34,471 nucleotides of DNA from Prasinococcaceae sp. CCMP 1430 (Eukaryota > Plantae > Prasinodermophyta). Positions within the stretch are counted from its first letter, which is position 1, and the number at the start of each line of letters is the position of its first letter. Location of the stretch: NCBI GenBank assembly GCA_013416795.1, contig RQSC01000028.1, forward strand, positions 1,103,502 through 1,137,972. The letters run 5' to 3'. The notes beneath the pieces are model-generated. The model did not search any database and was not told where the DNA came from. It saw only the letters and a list, made by a program, of their open reading frames with translations. This document shows positions 32,256 to 34,471 of this stretch, piece by piece. A program made the position numbers and the translations under genes.

Positions 32256-33197
32256 TCACAGTGCGATGGCGTGAAGCGAGTGCAGGTTCGACGTGAGGTC
32301 TCCCACGCCGGAGCTGCTCGATCCACACGCGCCGGCGAAGCCGACGAAGCCGAGGAGGGCCGCCGGGAGCACGCTGCCGACGAAGGCACCCACTGTGCCC
32401 GCCATGTCCTCCTTGTCACCCACGCTGTCCTGGCTTGTCTGCCAGTGGCGCACTCCCCTGCGCGACTTCGACGCGGCCCTCGCCAGCCGAATGGCGCCGC
32501 GCGCCGTCACCGAGAGCGCGCTGATCGCCGCCGCGCCGAGCGCGTCCGCCGCGCCGTAGGGGAGCCACGTGCCGCCCGCGGGCGCCGTCGGCGAGCCGCA
32601 TGCGCCGCTGCCCGCCCGTTCGACCCCTTTCCAGCCGTCGTCGCTTTCCGCATGCCCGTCCCACTCGCTCTCGCTCACGCACGCTTCGTCAGCGCACACC
32701 TCCGCCCACTCCTGCATGTCCTCGAAGGCGGAGTCCACCCGCCCCGGCGAGGCGCTCGCGGGCTGCAACCTCCCGCGGGCGCCGCTCGCGCTGAAGCCCT
32801 GCAGGCTCGGCGCGGGCGCGGGCGAATTGTCCATCCAACTCGACGCGAGCTCCGGGCTCTCGCACGGCTCCCCCCCGGTTCCGGGGCGGTCGACGAACTC
32901 GAAGCCGTCGGAGGACGCGACCTCCGACGAGTCCCCTTCCGAGCGGCACTCGGTCTCGCGGGCGGCGCCCCCAAACGCGGCCGCCGCGACGCGCGCGGCT
33001 ATCCCCGCGGCGGTGCCCTCGCCCATGAGCCTGTCCAGGTTGAACGCGGCCGCCTCGGCCGCCGCGGCGTCGCCGGCCGCGCGGCAGCACTCGCCGAAGT
33101 CGAACGCCTCCGACGCGGCGTCTGCGCCCGCGTCGGACGCGCCGCAGTGCGGCGCGAGGTCGTCGCCGGCCAATGAGATGCTCTCCGCGCTGCGCAC
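32256..33197 (-). CDS. Acidic, disordered protein with a C-terminal hydrophobic segment; 5' exon unresolved
   Basis: Long open frame rich in A/S/G/D/E, with the hydrophobic stretch AGTVGAFVGSVLPAALLGFVGFAG. Two CTGAC motifs and a CAG lie at or just upstream of its 5' end, implying an intron. Confidence 0.6.
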   Translation of the reverse strand: MRSAESISLAGDDLAPHCGASDAGADAASEAFDFGECCRAAGDAAAAEAAAFNLDRLMGEGTAAGIAARVAAAAFGGAARETECRSEGDSSEVASSDGFEFVDRPGTGGEPCESPELASSWMDNSPAPAPSLQGFSASGARGRLQPASASPGRVDSAFEDMQEWAEVCADEACVSESEWDGHAESDDGWKGVERAGSGACGSPTAPAGGTWLPYGAADALGAAAISALSVTARGAIRLARAASKSRRGVRHWQTSQDSVGDKEDMAGTVGAFVGSVLPAALLGFVGFAGACGSSSSGVGDLTSNLHSLHAIAL

Positions 33198-33960
33198 GCG
33201 CGTGGCAGTGGGCGGTCAGTCCGGCGGGCCGTCAGTCGCTCGGCAGAGCGGAAGCGTGTGCGTTCCCACCCTCTGGGCGGGAAATCGCGGGAGCCCCGCG
33301 CGCGGCGTTGCGACCGCTCCCGGATGCGTCCTGAGCTCAGAATCGACGCCTCGCATCCGCCAAATTGGCCGCCGCTCCGCGCGATTGAATCGCGATAAGC
33401 GCGCGCGAGAGCGAGCGAGCGAGCGCGCGCAGACGCAGACGCAGGCCGAGGAGGAGGGGCGGGAGGAGGGGGAGGAGGCGCGCGGCGCGCAGGCGCCCTC
33501 CCAACCTCGCACGCCTGCGAGGGCCGTGCGGCTCCTCCCCTCTCCCCCTCCCTCTGGCGCGCGCGCGAGAGAGAGCGCAGCCTGCCGCCCCCCCCACACA
33601 CAACCCACCCGCCCGCCCGCGGGCACGCCACGCGGCGGGCGTCCACGCGCGCTTTTTTGCACCCGATTTTTCGCGGCAAGTGAGCGCTTTCGCGCCCGCC
33701 ATTCCGTCGTTTTTGGGATCGGCAGTGGCGGATCGCGTGCGGGGTAAACCGCGGCGCGCGCTTTCGCGCGCGCGCGTCGCCACGCGCGCGCCACGCGCGC
33801 GCGCGCGCATCTTTTCCCGGCGCGCGGCGGTTTCTGCGGAGCGCGCAAATTCGCGCGCGCAGCGAATGGCGAGACATATTTGAAGCGGCAATTTCGAGAC
33901 TCCGCAAAAAGCGCGGCGGCGGCAGCGGCGGTGCGCGCCGCGCGAGAGTGCGCGCGCGCG

Positions 33961-33972
33961 NNNNNNNNNNNN
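33961..33972. other. Assembly gap (12 N)
   Basis: Run of N flanked by (CG)n/GCGC repeats. Confidence 0.98.
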
Positions 33973-34471
33973 GGCGCCGAGGCGCTCGCGCGCCCGCGCG
34001 CCCGCGCTGTGGCGCCGCGCGACGCACCCCGAGCCGAATCCGTGTGGTTGGTGCGGTTCCGTACCAAACCGCTATTACGGTCTAAACGGAGGTTATTAGT
34101 TCACAAATACAGCATATGTACCCACGGGAGCCTTCATCGATTGTGAACTTCTTTCGCGTCACAACACCCTTGGCAAAAAGTACTAAACGTGCGCAATGCA
34201 GTGGTGTGTGTTAGGCGCACTTTCAATTCGCTCTGGCGTCCTGCGACGGTGCCTGGACCCCCTGCGGCGAAGTGAAGTGACCTGGATTTGATGAAAACAC
34301 GACGATGCTCTGCGCGCAGCGCCGGGCGCTGAGCGCCCCAGGGCAGGCGCGGGCGCGGAGGGCCACACGAGGCGCGGCGCGCCCCCTCCCCCCCCCCCGA
34401 CGGCCACGGCGCGCGCAGCACGCGCGTCGTCGGGTCTGCCTGACCCGCCATTGGCCCGTCCCCCCTCGGCG

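Noticed and set aside
34280-34335. Box C/D snoRNA (TGATGA ... CTGA)
   Set aside because: The boxes are only ~45 nt apart, with no terminal stem or recognisable rRNA guide

Overview
Gene-dense, very GC-rich nuclear DNA from a eukaryote, most likely a prasinophyte-grade green alga. This is inferred from plant-type (TTTAGGG)n repeats, GTGCG/GTACG intron donors with CTGAC branch points, TGTAA motifs at several 3' ends, and plastid-type proteins. About 16 protein genes or gene fragments are supported: SnRK2-like kinase, TLC-domain protein, an FBPase C-terminal fragment, plastid-type PNPase with two S1 domains, a ubiquitin-UBL fusion, a ~9-repeat filamin-Ig protein, a UCH deubiquitinase, a coiled-coil protein, YchF GTPase, a TRAF-zinc-finger protein, a SAM methyltransferase, cytosolic AspRS, a trans-prenyl diphosphate synthase, an Atp1/CGL160-like protein, an EF-hand plus p25alpha protein, an HHL1-like protein and an acidic disordered protein with a C-terminal hydrophobic segment. 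Non-coding highlights are an internal ~28-unit telomere array that abuts the truncated PNPase transit-peptide exon, and a 291-bp segment bounded by telomere-like inverted repeats. Several genes lack an in-frame ATG, and there are N gaps at 8827, 26327 and 33961-33972, so assembly misjoins may explain some oddities. All family calls come from motif recognition by eye; no database searches were run.
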